This document shows positions 48,440 through 59,339 of a stretch of DNA of 64,000 bases, in pieces. This DNA is from a virus (taxonomy: Duplodnaviria; Heunggongvirae; Uroviricota; Caudoviricetes), in the IMG/VR virus record IMGVR_UViG_3300035520_000763, positions 7,032 to 71,031 of that record. One strand, 5' to 3'. A program made the translations under genes and the position numbers. The stretch's first letter is position 1; every line of letters begins with the position of its first letter. The notes beneath the pieces are model-generated. The model saw nothing but the letters and a program-made list of their open reading frames with translations. It made no database searches and was not told where the DNA came from.

Positions 48440-49288
48440 CTATACCCATTTTGTTTTTCTATATTTCACACGATTATATTCCTTCTGTAAAATACATTTT
48501 CTCTCTTCATAAGAATAAATTTCTTGTGAAATTATCAGTTGCGCATCATATCTTTCCAGTCGTTCTATATCATCTAATTGATCTTCTGTGAAATAGTTGC
48601 GAATTTGGTCATTTGATGGTATATTATTCTCTTTTCTATATTGCGTTGCAGACATTCCAAGTATCACAGAATTTAATAATGAAAATTCAACAGAATATAA
48701 GTTACCATTTGTCATCCATTCCGGAACGCCATTAAGTAATTTTTCTCTTTTTATAATTAAAGCTCCACGAAGTTCTTTACAGTTAATAAGAGTATTCTTA
48801 CGATTTTTATTCCAGCTAAATCTATTCTTGAATGCTTTTTCTATTATAATGAAGTATCTTCTTACCAATACTCCAATTTCAGTACGTTCTACCATTGCTA
48901 ATTGCTTCGCACAATCGAGAGTAAGAATATAATCGACAGTTTCCTTTGTGGGAATTTTATTTTTTACGGTTTCATAAAAATGCGAAGTCGTAAAGTAATC
49001 TACATTTTCAATTAGTTGATAACCATCAATACGATTTTTTATCCAATCTGTAAATTTCTGACCAGAATTTAATTGTTTATGTAAGTCTCTTGCATTAATT
49101 GTTGAATCATCATTCTCTGCTTGTAAAACTGGCAAAAGTGCTTGATATTCAAGAATTGTAGCTATTTCATCATCGGTTAATCCATATTGTGATAATTCTT
49201 CTTTTGTAAACTTTCCATCTTTGAACGATTCACTTTCATACTCTTTTTCAGTTCTGTTTCTTAATTCATTTTTGTTGGTTATTCTCAT
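48440..49288 (-). CDS. AntA/AntB-type antirepressor
   Basis: INARDLHKQL...FTDWIKNRI..YQLIENVDY...DY.LTLDCAKQLAMVE. Confidence 0.85.
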   Translation of the reverse strand: MRITNKNELRNRTEKEYESESFKDGKFTKEELSQYGLTDDEIATILEYQALLPVLQAENDDSTINARDLHKQLNSGQKFTDWIKNRIDGYQLIENVDYFTTSHFYETVKNKIPTKETVDYILTLDCAKQLAMVERTEIGVLVRRYFIIIEKAFKNRFSWNKNRKNTLINCKELRGALIIKREKLLNGVPEWMTNGNLYSVEFSLLNSVILGMSATQYRKENNIPSNDQIRNYFTEDQLDDIERLERYDAQLIISQEIYSYEERKCILQKEYNRVKYRKTKWV

Positions 49289-49329
49289 AAATAAAATTCC
49301 TTTCTATGCTTTAGTGTGTTAAAGTTTAT

Positions 49330-49388
49330 CACACTGTAGTGTGATATATATTCAATTTTTTTGCCAATATATATCACACTACAGTGTG
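49330..49388. repeat. perfect 23-bp inverted repeat, each arm containing the CACACT-N2-AGTGTG palindrome
   Basis: CACACTGTAGTGTGATATATATT-13 nt-AATATATATCACACTACAGTGTG. Confidence 0.85.
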
Positions 49389-49522
49389 CAAATCTCACGT
49401 TCTTTTTATAAATAAAGACTGATTATATTAAATAAAGACTACTATCGTACTTTATTCCCTATCGTGAATAAAGTACTCTATTATTTTTTCTTTGATTGTT
49501 ATTGTTTGCTTATATACATTTT

Positions 49523-49672
49523 CTATTTTTCATTTTTATCTTCATTAAACAATTCTCTCCATGATTTTTTTGTTCTAAATATTTTTCTATTCTTTCTTTC
49601 ATATTTTGTTCTTTTCATTTCTTTCAATGATTTCTCTAATTCATATGAAAATTTATTGTTTTTACATTCCAT
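49523..49672 (-). CDS. 49-aa basic peptide
   Basis: MECKNNKFSYELEKSLKEMKRTK...; SD AAGGAG. Confidence 0.45.
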   Translation of the reverse strand: MECKNNKFSYELEKSLKEMKRTKYERKNRKIFRTKKSWRELFNEDKNEK

Positions 49673-49686
49673 AATATTATTTCTCC

Positions 49687-49962
49687 TTATTTTCGTTCTT
49701 CATTAGGATTTAATCCATGTTCCAATTCCCATTGGATATGTGCTTTTCTTGCATTGCTTACAGCTTCATTACCTGTATTGGTTATTCCAGAAGCTCCATC
49801 AGTTACAACAAAGCAATTTAGATTTCTCTTATTAGCTAGGTTAATCACATCTTTTACAAATCTTTGTTCTTTGGTTAGATTTGTTCTTATAGACTTTGGC
49901 ATTGGTGGTATAGTAGGTTGGTTTGGAATGCCATATTTTCTTGTTCGTTTTAAAATCATCAT
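49687..49962 (-). CDS. hypothetical protein
   Basis: 91-aa ORF, SD AAGGAG. Confidence 0.6.
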   Translation of the reverse strand: MMILKRTRKYGIPNQPTIPPMPKSIRTNLTKEQRFVKDVINLANKRNLNCFVVTDGASGITNTGNEAVSNARKAHIQWELEHGLNPNEERK

Positions 49963-49989
49963 AATAATTTTCTCCTTTTATTTATTTTT

Positions 49990-50180
49990 ATTCTGTTTCT
50001 AGCTTCGAGGCGAGTTCATCAAATATATTCTTCTTGTGAGAGTTTTGTTTCTCCTCAATATGTAACTTCTCCATAATTGAATCCAATGTTAATGAAAATA
50101 AATCTTTTACGTCTTTGTAATGGTTAATAACATCTATTGCATAAGGATTAGTATCTGATTCAAACTCTGATTTATGAAAC
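49990..50180 (-). pseudogene. orphan C-terminal gene fragment
   Basis: Open frame FHKSEFESDTNPYAIDV...KNIFDELASKLETE* with no start or SD and an in-frame TAA upstream. Confidence 0.35.
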
Positions 50181-50673
50181 TGATATTAGATTATCTTTTG
50201 TTAAAATCTCTCTTTCTTATTTCTGTATTTTTGTTATCTGGTAGGTATTTATATATTTGTTTTTGCTATGGTTTAAAAGTATCCCCTATGCATAGATATT
50301 CTCTATTTAACTAAATGAGATTGATTAAAATTGGTATTAAAAGAGTAATCATTGCAGATATGCTATGTTTGAATGCGAATAGTAGATATTTAAAATTTAT
50401 TGTATTTGTTGATGTTGCACAAAATAGATAATGCAAAATTGTACAATATGTATAACAATATATTTTTATAGATGAAATATGACCTTGCATTTGGCTTATA
50501 GAGCAATTATTTTTGCATTAGCCAAGAGATATTCACCTAAAAGATAAAATGCGTTTAAAGCATGAATAAATGCGTTAAAAAGGTATATGCTGATTTTAAT
50601 GTTGATTTTGGACATAAAAAAAGACAAATATTTCTATCTGTCTTAAAAAATATATCTATTTTTTTGTAAAATA

Positions 50674-51639
50674 TTATAATGTCAACCAATTATTATCTGG
50701 TTTGGCTATGAGTCTTGCATTATTATATGCCATATCTAATGTTAAACAAGTTTTTCCTTGATATCTGTTATTTATCTTTGTTACTGCAATTGCAACATCA
50801 GGCTTGTTGTCAGACATTAAGCATAATGGAAGTAATAATTGAATTTGTCCATCATAATATTGAGGTATTGCTAATTTATAATTACAAGATACACGCTTTT
50901 TCATTGTGTCTATTGCGCCATTGAGAATAGTTACCATATTGTTACTATTTAGAAATTCTTTCGGCAGTCTTCTTTTATTTCTATCATCATTCAAAATATG
51001 TTTGTATTGGACATCAATAGGATAATGCCAGTCGAATAATAATAGTTCCGGGTGTTCAAAATAGTTTGCTCTTTCTGGTCTTTCAGAAACTCCAATGTTG
51101 CTCAATTCATATTCAGTGAGAAATTGTATCTCTGAACCAGATTGATATGCATAAATAGTTTCATAATATTTTGTAAATAATCCAGTATTGAATAAAGCAT
51201 AATCTTGTCCTATTGCTATATTTTTTTCCGAAGATAGTTTAACACATGTTTTTACAAGGTAATTGGCAAGTATCCCATTATCAGGATATTGCTCATTTGA
51301 CCATGTTTCTGATAACGCTATCTTTGCAAGCTGTTCTGTGTAATTATTCCAGTTTACATTGAAATATGCCATATATTCATATCCTTTCGTGTTTAAGAAT
51401 GATGCCATCATTATATCATCTTTGTCTAATCTATGAAAGAATGGCTTTGTGATATTTAATTTAAAATTGTAGGTGGTATATAAATTTGTATTTTTACATA
51501 CAGCATGGTCATAGTCGGCTATAATTGGTATTTGTTTTGCAGCAAGATATGCTTCTTGTGGCGTAGTTGCATGTACTAACGCAAAATATTCATAGCTATC
51601 ACCATAGGATACTGTTATTGGTATAAGGTATGTGTTCAT
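50674..51639 (-). CDS. DUF3825 domain protein
   Basis: FNTGLFT...RANYF...NYKLAIPQYY...QLLLPLCL...TCLTLDMAYNNARLI. Confidence 0.8.
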   Translation of the reverse strand: MNTYLIPITVSYGDSYEYFALVHATTPQEAYLAAKQIPIIADYDHAVCKNTNLYTTYNFKLNITKPFFHRLDKDDIMMASFLNTKGYEYMAYFNVNWNNYTEQLAKIALSETWSNEQYPDNGILANYLVKTCVKLSSEKNIAIGQDYALFNTGLFTKYYETIYAYQSGSEIQFLTEYELSNIGVSERPERANYFEHPELLLFDWHYPIDVQYKHILNDDRNKRRLPKEFLNSNNMVTILNGAIDTMKKRVSCNYKLAIPQYYDGQIQLLLPLCLMSDNKPDVAIAVTKINNRYQGKTCLTLDMAYNNARLIAKPDNNWLTL

Positions 51640-51666
51640 AGTTTTGTTTTAGTCTCCTTTGATTTA

Positions 51667-52539
51667 TTAATTAATTTCTTTAACAACTTCTCTGTCAAAT
51701 AAAGTTTTACGCTTGAAATTTTTAATTTCTTCTTCAGTTTGAATACCATATTTTACAAGACTTGAATCTATAAGCAGTGTTAATGCATCTCTAAGTTTAG
51801 TATTATGCTCTATGGCATCCATCTGATAACATTCTTCTTTGGGCAGGTGATTTTCATAGCAATAATCTTCATAAATTTGATTAATATCTACATCATATGT
51901 ATCTTCTAACTCTTTATAGATACTGGAATATAATTCGTTTCTTGAACAGTGAAAATATTCCATAAGCATTTTGTATTTTGGTGCCATTTTCTTATACCAT
52001 GCGGACGGGTAGCGTTTTTCTGCCAAGTAACGATTTTGCTGTGATTGCTTCAATTCCTGAATATCCTGCTGCATGGTACTTATATTTTGCGTGAGAGTAG
52101 TAATGGCTTGTGACATATATGTAATTGCATCTGCTATTGGTTTCATATCTACTTGCTGCGATGATTTTGAAATTAATTCGTTGTTACGATAGGCTTCGAT
52201 TATATCCCATACCCAATCCATAAATTCGTTGGCTTTTGGTTGTCTTGACCAACGGCATATTTCCATAATCCCTCTTTCAGTGTAGTAAACTGTTTCAACG
52301 TCTACACCGCTACCTCCATTTTGAGGGTGTCGGTTCTCTATTATACGTGTACATAAACTTTCTATCCGGTCTTTGTGTTTGAGATGAATTGTTTGAATGG
52401 CTTTTGATGGATTTGCATACTCAAGTGCCGTTCCAATTTGTTCTCTTGTGAGCAGGATATTGTCATTCATATTACAGTAAAAATTACACTGCAATTCTCC
52501 AAAAGTTTCTGTTGTGATAAGTTTCAAATTGTTTTTCAT
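51667..52539 (-). CDS. BRO-N domain antirepressor-like protein
   Basis: LLTREQIGTALEY...YYTERGIMEICRWSRQPKANEFMDWV. Confidence 0.85.
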   Translation of the reverse strand: MKNNLKLITTETFGELQCNFYCNMNDNILLTREQIGTALEYANPSKAIQTIHLKHKDRIESLCTRIIENRHPQNGGSGVDVETVYYTERGIMEICRWSRQPKANEFMDWVWDIIEAYRNNELISKSSQQVDMKPIADAITYMSQAITTLTQNISTMQQDIQELKQSQQNRYLAEKRYPSAWYKKMAPKYKMLMEYFHCSRNELYSSIYKELEDTYDVDINQIYEDYCYENHLPKEECYQMDAIEHNTKLRDALTLLIDSSLVKYGIQTEEEIKNFKRKTLFDREVVKEIN

Positions 52540-53630
52540 AAATTTTAATCTCCTTTGTTTTTAAATTATTAAAATTCGTCTTATAATAGATATTTCTACA
52601 TTTAGGATTGAAATTTATGTGTTTTATTTTCATGTGTGGGTTGGGATTGTTTGGTTGTTTATATAACTGCTCAAATTTAAGTTTTTGAGTGTAAATTTTG
52701 ACTTTTTATTTTAGACAAGTATTTTATCACTGGGATAGTTTGGGTTGAAATTAGGAGTGATTTTAAAGGATTTGATTCGAGGATTTGGGTAAGAGGGGGA
52801 TGGGAGAGGAGACGGGAGATAAGAGAGATAAGAAAAACTGAATGATAATTTTGCAGCGAGTTTTTTGCAGTTTGAGATGATTTTTTAGATATCGTGATCT
52901 GAATAGCATTTTAATAGGTAGAAAGAGATTCGATTTTTAGTTGAAAATTAAGGGATTTTGATGAATGAGAGAGCTGTGATTTGGTTAGAAATTAGAAACG
53001 GGTCTGAACAAGATTTTAATTTTTTATTAGTATTGAAATAGGTTAAAAGGGCTGAAAATTAGGTGGTTTACGATAGAGATGCCGATATCGAATTTTGAGT
53101 GACAAAGTGCGGATTGAGACTGATTTTTGTTTGTTTTTGAGGATTGGTGATAGGGGCTGATTTTTTAAGTTTGTGTGTGGATGAATCAGCATACTGATTT
53201 TAGAAAAAGAACAGACGTTCTGTTAGTTTAAACTACCCCGGGTTAGTCTAAAACATCTAAAGTGTCGGAAAATGATTATTTTTCCGATAGATTAGTTAGG
53301 CATTGCTAATAATTGTTAGACTATACTTATTTTGGTGACTGCTCAACTGGTATGATATGTCAGAACATTTGTTTGTGTAAAGTGTTTTTACTTGACAACA
53401 TATATGTGAGCTGGTAATATCGTCAATTTTAGAATGTTATACACTAAAATGATTATAACATTTCAAAATAAAACTAAAATAATAATCAAAATGTAACACT
53501 TAAATTATTATATAACACTCGTTCTGTAATACAACATTCAAAAGGTATATTACATTCAAAAATGAAGTATTGGATAAAATAGGGCTTTTTCAATATTTGA
53601 AAATATTTTTGAATTTTTTTAAAAAAGTGG

Positions 53631-53758
53631 TTGACAACTAAAATAAACTATACTAAGGTATAGTCAATCCAAACAAAACAACTACTTTTCAACTAACAAA
53701 AACTTTTTCAAAAAAATTCAAAAAAGTAGTTGACAAGAAAACTATACTATGATATAGT
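53631..53758 (+). promoter_or_regulatory. tandem early promoters in imperfect repeats
   Basis: TTGACA-17-TAAGGT (53631) and TTGACA-17-TATAGT (53730-53758); both preceded by AAAAAAGT(G/A)G and containing AACTATACT. Confidence 0.7.
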
Positions 53759-54586
53759 TAATACAACGAAACAAGAAAGAAGGCGATAAACTGAAAAACA
53801 TATAAAAAGTAAAACAAGTGAATAAATAGCAAATTCCCATTGAAAGAACTGCAATTCAATCAACAGGAATAGTGCTAGAATAAGAATAACTATACATATC
53901 TCAATCTTTATTCTAGCACATCTGCAAAAAATTCACAATAGGACACGAAAAAATTTTATATTATAATCATCAATGTGTCAGACGTCCTAGACGTCTAAAT
54001 TAAGACTAGCAAAATAATAGGAGGATAAAAGCTAGTGCGGGCAGGCGAAAAAAAATATAAAGTTTCTGCTGATTTCAATTAGAACGTTTTCAGCATACAA
54101 ATTAAATAAAAGTGGTTTTATGGTTTTCCCGCAAAAACCTATGAGGACGGCTTTGATTACAGAATGAAAAAAACTGTATAGCCCTAAGATTAGCAATCTT
54201 TGTATACTTCAAAGTATATGCCTTCACCTAGTTTTTAATCAAACTAGAAGAGTGAGAAAACACTAATACAATAGTTATATTTTTAGAGTATATTCTAGGA
54301 GTGCTCAATAATAAAATATAATGACAGTAAATAAAATCATAACCGATTGACAAACACGGTTATAACTTTGTAAATTCAATAGCCAAACTTATAGCAAGGT
54401 TGAAATAAAAAGGCTTATGTTATAAACAAATTAACAGGTAAAAGGGTGGCACCTTCTGAAATGGGAATTGATAGAGTAATGTCTATATTTTCCATTTTTT
54501 TAATTTGTTTATAATCTCTAAGCTGGTTTGTTGCATTTACAAAAAATATCCATCTTGTTATAATTATAGCAGGAGGTGAAAAAAAA

Positions 54587-54751
54587 GTGGGTGAAAATAT
54601 GCCGACAGATATGCAGTACAAAGATAATTTGAGGAAGGATAAGTTTTTTAATGACTTACTCATTGCCACTATCAAAAATGGTGACAGTGAAAAAGCGTTA
54701 GAATATCTTGAAAAAGATAATGAACGTATTGAAAAAGCATTAGAAGAATAA
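54587..54751 (+). CDS. 54-aa hypothetical protein
   Basis: MGENMPTDMQYKDNLRK...; SD AGGAGGTG; promoter TTTACA-17-TATAAT (~54536-54564). Confidence 0.7.
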   Translation: MGENMPTDMQYKDNLRKDKFFNDLLIATIKNGDSEKALEYLEKDNERIEKALEE

Positions 54752-54904
54752 TCCTAGTTATAGAGTGTGGACAATAAAAGTCTGCACTCTATTTTTATAA
54801 TTACGTCATTGAATTTTGGAATGTTTAAAGGTTCGATCCCTTGCGTATATTTTGCCAACAAATAATTTTGCACCTATGCGTAAAATAGGAGAATAGGAGA
54901 CATT

Positions 54905-55723
54905 ATGAGTAACATATTATCAATTAATTTTTATGCAGAGAACATTACAGATGAGGCTAAATCTGAATTTATGCAGGCAGTAGCTCATGAAACGGCTGAT
55001 ATGTCTATTCAGCTTGTAAGCTCACAGATTGACAGTCTCAATAATAAGATTGCCAATAAGAAGGGTAATTATTCCGAGGAAGAAGTGGCTGCGTTCCGAG
55101 CACAGTTAGAGACTACCCAGAAGACACTCGAAACACTTCAGGAAGACAGCAATGATACACTTGAAGTCTACAATAAAGTAGTAGAAGCAATGTCTGTAAA
55201 AAACCAGGATGGTTTCGGCAATAAGAAGGATGTGGTTAGAACTGTACTCCGTGTATTAGGCTCATGGGATAATTCCAAACTGGTGAAATATGCAATCATT
55301 CCAGCTTTTGAATCACCTGCATTATACGAAGCTTTAGAGGCTATTCACGTCAACAGTAAAGCTAGTGAGAATGGCAATATTACCATGTCTAATGATGTAA
55401 AAGCTGCATACAAGAAGGCTTCAGACGAATTAGAATCAATCATCAAGAATACTTTTAGCCTTCCTTTTGCAACTCCGTACACTGACAAGACCCGTGTGAA
55501 GTTGACAGCAGAGGACAAAAAACTTCTGAACGATAGCTATATTAAGGGATTTTCTAACAAATTCGACACAGATGATGATACCGGTGTTGTAACTTTCAAG
55601 AAGCGTACCATTAACACGCTCGTAAAGGCAAAGAAAGACAGGAAAACAGGCAAAATGACATACGACTATTCAGGACTTGCGAGCACTATTAGTAACATTG
55701 TAATTAAGCATTATTTTGCATAA
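54905..55723 (+). CDS. first large early gene, hypothetical
   Basis: 272 aa, strong SD. Confidence 0.8.
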   Translation: MSNILSINFYAENITDEAKSEFMQAVAHETADMSIQLVSSQIDSLNNKIANKKGNYSEEEVAAFRAQLETTQKTLETLQEDSNDTLEVYNKVVEAMSVKNQDGFGNKKDVVRTVLRVLGSWDNSKLVKYAIIPAFESPALYEALEAIHVNSKASENGNITMSNDVKAAYKKASDELESIIKNTFSLPFATPYTDKTRVKLTAEDKKLLNDSYIKGFSNKFDTDDDTGVVTFKKRTINTLVKAKKDRKTGKMTYDYSGLASTISNIVIKHYFA

Positions 55724-55919
55724 GGAGGACATTGTTATGACAAGGGAAATATGCAAATCAATACTGGAATCAAGACCACACGACCATGCGTACATGAAAC
55801 ATTTTTCAAGAATAGTACGACCACTTTCTGCTGGATTTTATGAAATGGAAGATATGGAAACAGGTTGTGTATCAGTAGGGAATTTAGATGAAGCAGTAAA
55901 TTTCTTATTCTTTACATAA
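55716..55919 (+). CDS. hypothetical protein
   Basis: 67 aa; likely start MTREIC after GGAGG. Confidence 0.6.
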   Translation: MHKEDIVMTREICKSILESRPHDHAYMKHFSRIVRPLSAGFYEMEDMETGCVSVGNLDEAVNFLFFT

Positions 55920-56035
55920 TAGATATGTTGTGTTTAGTTAGAGGGGATAACTTCGGTTATCCCTTTTATAGTAGGCATAATATGTGCAATATATTTAAAA
56001 ACTATTTATGGACTATTTGACAACAATATCCTACT

Positions 56036-56359
56036 ATGTTAAAATGTAGTTACATAAAGATGGAGGTGAAAAATTTGATAGTATATAACAAATTATGCGA
56101 CTACTTAAAAATGAACAACATGAAATATATTGACTTACAACATGAAATTGGGTTTAGTCCGTCTGTAACTGCAAAATTTCAAAAAAATAGACCAATGAAC
56201 ACAGAAAGTATAAATAAAGTCTGTGAATATCTTCATGTCCAACCATCTGAAATTATGGAATGGATACCAGATGCAGACTACGAAAAGGCAAACGCAGAAA
56301 AATTAGAAATAGAAAATCAAATTGCCGAATTACAAGCAAAATTAAAAAAAATAAAATAG
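56036..56359 (+). CDS. Cro/CI-type HTH regulator
   Basis: YNKL...MKYIDL...SPSVTAKF...TESINKVCEYLHVQPSEIME; promoter TTGACA-17-TAAAAT (56017-56045); the true start is probably the TTG near 56075. Confidence 0.8.
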   Translation: MLKCSYIKMEVKNLIVYNKLCDYLKMNNMKYIDLQHEIGFSPSVTAKFQKNRPMNTESINKVCEYLHVQPSEIMEWIPDADYEKANAEKLEIENQIAELQAKLKKIK

Positions 56360-56376
56360 GGCGCAAATAAAAATTA

Positions 56377-56628
56377 CTATACTGGTCTATTGATACCGCA
56401 ATAATGTTCTGTAATGCTCCTATTATCAGTGAAACCATTTTCGTCTATTTCGCCATCGAATATTTCATTTTCATTATTAAATTTTTCAACGATGGCAGAA
56501 ATAATAAAATCGTCAACATCAGAATAGGATATTTCATCAAATTCTGTTTCGTAAATATACGTTTCTAGTATAGCAAATAATTCTTTTGCTATAGGCAAAT
56601 TATGTATTATTGTTTGTTTTTTGTCCAT
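56377..56628 (-). CDS. acidic hypothetical protein (antisense moron)
   Basis: 83 aa; own promoter TTGCAT-17-TATAAT (56700-56672). Confidence 0.65.
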   Translation of the reverse strand: MDKKQTIIHNLPIAKELFAILETYIYETEFDEISYSDVDDFIISAIVEKFNNENEIFDGEIDENGFTDNRSITEHYCGINRPV

Positions 56629-56943
56629 ATTGTACCACCTTTAATATTATTTTTACGCCCTATTTGTTTATATTATACAGAAATATAGTACAATATGCAA
56701 GCGAAATCATACACATATACCCAAGCACCCAAAACAAAAGGGTGCTATTTTTATGCCTAAAATTCAAAAGGCAAACCCCAAATACCATATGCAATCCGTC
56801 TGAAATGTGTATGGTGTGGCACAAAATACTGAAAGGCAGGTGAGTGTTAAACGAAGATGGTGGCTGTAGTGAAAAGTGCTACGTTTTAAAGGTAAACGAA
56901 AATATGGTGGTATTTACCACAACGCACAGAAGGGAGAATTATT

Positions 56944-57156
56944 ATGTTTATGACATTCACAACCAAAAAGGGAAACTATGTAGTAGATATCCCAACAATG
57001 ACACTTTACAAGGCAAACGGCGAAAAGATAACTCGCGGTTATTTCCACATTGCTGCCATTATCCTCCGAGAGAACTTGCTCACATTCGAGAAGTACGATT
57101 ACGATGGAAATTACCAGTACGGATTTTCAAAAGGCAAATCACGAGCAATGGCATAA
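56944..57156 (+). CDS. hypothetical protein
   Basis: 70 aa, SD GGAG. Confidence 0.65.
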   Translation: MFMTFTTKKGNYVVDIPTMTLYKANGEKITRGYFHIAAIILRENLLTFEKYDYDGNYQYGFSKGKSRAMA

Positions 57157-57215
57157 ATTCTGATTGACAACGCTGCGATTATGTCTTATGCTAAAGGCAA
57201 ATGGGAGGTGATTAC

Positions 57216-57401
57216 ATGCCAACAAACGAAAAAGAATATAATGGTAATTTATACGACCAATTAAGTTTGCTTGAAGAAATTGAAGAAGTAGCAACAGAAA
57301 CGCAGGATATACAAGAAGTGTTAAAGACTGTTGCAAAACTTAAAAAGCGAGTGGAGCGAAAGTTGTATCAAAATCCATCGTTACCAGATAACATCAAATA
57401 A
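57216..57401 (+). CDS. hypothetical protein
   Basis: Start MPTNEK after GGAGGTG. Confidence 0.65.
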   Translation: MPTNEKEYNGNLYDQLSLLEEIEEVATETQDIQEVLKTVAKLKKRVERKLYQNPSLPDNIK

Positions 57402-57605
57402 TTTTATAAACTGAAACAAATAACGTCTTACATCATGTAAAGCGTTATTTTTATGCACATCAATAAGCCGCATATCAAGGGAGACACATGACCTATGCTC
57501 TGTGTCTTTTTTGATTGGTGAGAGTGCAAACGCAAATTGATAAAGATTTCAAGGCATTGGCAACATATTGTCAATGCCTTTTTTTAGAAGGGAGATGAAA
57601 AAGTC

Positions 57606-57761
57606 ATGAGTAGAGAAAGTTACAACTATAAGAGAAAAGCCGTATCAGCGGCGAAAGATTTAGGCTATTCAAAAGAGATAGTCAATCTTTTAAAGAAAGC
57701 AACATCAGAAATAGAAATTGCACGGATTATGAAATCTGCAAGGGAAGGAGTGATTGCATGA
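57606..57761 (+). CDS. 51-aa hypothetical protein
   Basis: MSRESYNYKRKAVSAAKDLGY...; ATGA overlap with the next gene. Confidence 0.65.
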   Translation: MSRESYNYKRKAVSAAKDLGYSKEIVNLLKKATSEIEIARIMKSAREGVIA

Positions 57762-58072
57762 GTTTTAAAAACAAATTAAAAGCCGGAATTATTGCGGCTG
57801 TTTTTTCTGCTACTGTCTTTGTTAGTGCTGTACTTCCACGGAATTATGTTCACACATATGCTGTACCAAGTGAAAGTAACGAATTGCATTATGAATATTA
57901 TACGGAAGCACTTTGCCGTGTCGTGTCTGTCTCACCTGATGAAACAGAAGTAACGGTACGTTACAAGGGAAACGACTATACTTTTGAAACAGATGGCTGT
58001 ACAGATTGCAAAGTCGGTGAGAAGTGGCTTGTTACATTCAACGAGAATATGGAAATTATTTCCGTAGAATAG
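57758..58072 (+). CDS. secreted/membrane-anchored small protein
   Basis: N-terminal signal/TM segment, beta-rich C-terminus. Confidence 0.65.
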   Translation: MSFKNKLKAGIIAAVFSATVFVSAVLPRNYVHTYAVPSESNELHYEYYTEALCRVVSVSPDETEVTVRYKGNDYTFETDGCTDCKVGEKWLVTFNENMEIISVE

Positions 58073-58082
58073 GAGATGATAT

Positions 58083-58203
58083 ATGAAAGGTTACTACACA
58101 AACGGAGTATACTTTTGGTTATATTCCATCTATAGGAAAATATATGCAGTTTGAAACGGAAACAGAATACATAGACTATATGCATGAAACAGAAGGGAAG
58201 TGA
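58083..58203 (+). pseudogene. small gene with a +1 frameshift in a T4 run
   Basis: MKGYYTNGVYF then GYIPSIGKYMQFETETEYIDYMHETEGK* in the shifted frame; 121 nt = 40 codons + 1. Confidence 0.5.
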
Positions 58204-58301
58204 TAAAATATGTCTGATTTCAATAAATAAACGGCTGGTTAATCACTAGCCGTTATTTTTGTGCAACAAAATAAAATAAAACAGAAAGGTAAGGTAAAAG
58301 T

Positions 58302-59231
58302 ATGGCAAAAAGAGTTTACTTAAAAGCAAAAGAAGCGGAAGCGGAAATGCAGGAAGCAAGAGAAGTGGAAGGATTCACAGGTAAAAATGAGAAGTTACTT
58401 ATTTCTAACATGGTGAAAAACGCAAAGCTAAATTCGCGGATTGGAGATAAGTTACTAATGGTAGTTAATCCTATGAATATACATATTCCCGATTGGCAGA
58501 GACGGATCAAATTGGCAAACGCATATGCAATCGGGAATAATTACAATTCTTATAAATGGGATGAGCCGAAAGTATTGTTTTACAATGGGATTCTGATTTG
58601 CATTGACGGACAGCACAGAATTTATGGAGCTTTTAAATCTGGAAAAGAAGACGTTGTTGTAGAAGTAATGGAATGTAGCCTTGAAGAAGCAATAGACTTG
58701 TTCCTTAGTCAGTCAAGTGATCGTGCAAAAATGCAGCCAATGGATATCTATCATGCAGCTTTGGCGGGAGGGAAACCGGAATACATAAGGTTAAGAGATG
58801 TTTGCCATAGCAATAATGTAGCGGTTAAGGGAGATGATGAAACTGAAAATACTGTAGGTACATTGACTTCTATCTCTGACGGAATTGATGTTGCAAAGAA
58901 AAATCCTGAATTGCTTAATATGATTTTGAAATTATTAGGCAAATTACAGTGGAATGGTTACGCAGATACATATAATGGGAAAGCATATACAGCCAAGATA
59001 ATTCGTGCTATTAGAAAATTATATGCTTACTGCCAAGGCAGAGAAGAACAAATGGAAGAAGCTTTACTTAAAAACTGCACAGGAACAGAATTTTTTGTGG
59101 AAAATATTATGGATAAAACGCAAGCACAGATTTTTGATTATCTTGCGGAAATTGTTAGATATGAAGCAGAAAGTCCATTTAGAATTAACAAACAGAAAGG
59201 GAAAACAGTAGCAAGAAAGAAAACAAGCTGA
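58302..59231 (+). CDS. ParB/Srx-like DGQHR-domain protein (DUF6551-like)
   Basis: WQR...DEPKV...IDGQHRIYGA...LFLSQ. Confidence 0.75.
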   Translation: MAKRVYLKAKEAEAEMQEAREVEGFTGKNEKLLISNMVKNAKLNSRIGDKLLMVVNPMNIHIPDWQRRIKLANAYAIGNNYNSYKWDEPKVLFYNGILICIDGQHRIYGAFKSGKEDVVVEVMECSLEEAIDLFLSQSSDRAKMQPMDIYHAALAGGKPEYIRLRDVCHSNNVAVKGDDETENTVGTLTSISDGIDVAKKNPELLNMILKLLGKLQWNGYADTYNGKAYTAKIIRAIRKLYAYCQGREEQMEEALLKNCTGTEFFVENIMDKTQAQIFDYLAEIVRYEAESPFRINKQKGKTVARKKTS

Positions 59232-59339
59232 TTAAACAAAAACACAAATTCAGTTTAGATGCGGTTTTATATAAAGCAGACATTTTGGGAGAGTGTCTGC
59301 TCATTATCAATACAAAAAAAAGAAAGAGGTGAAAGCTAT

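Noticed and set aside
54415-54675. 86-aa minus-strand ORF
   Set aside because: Antisense to a well-supported plus-strand promoter, SD and 54-aa gene
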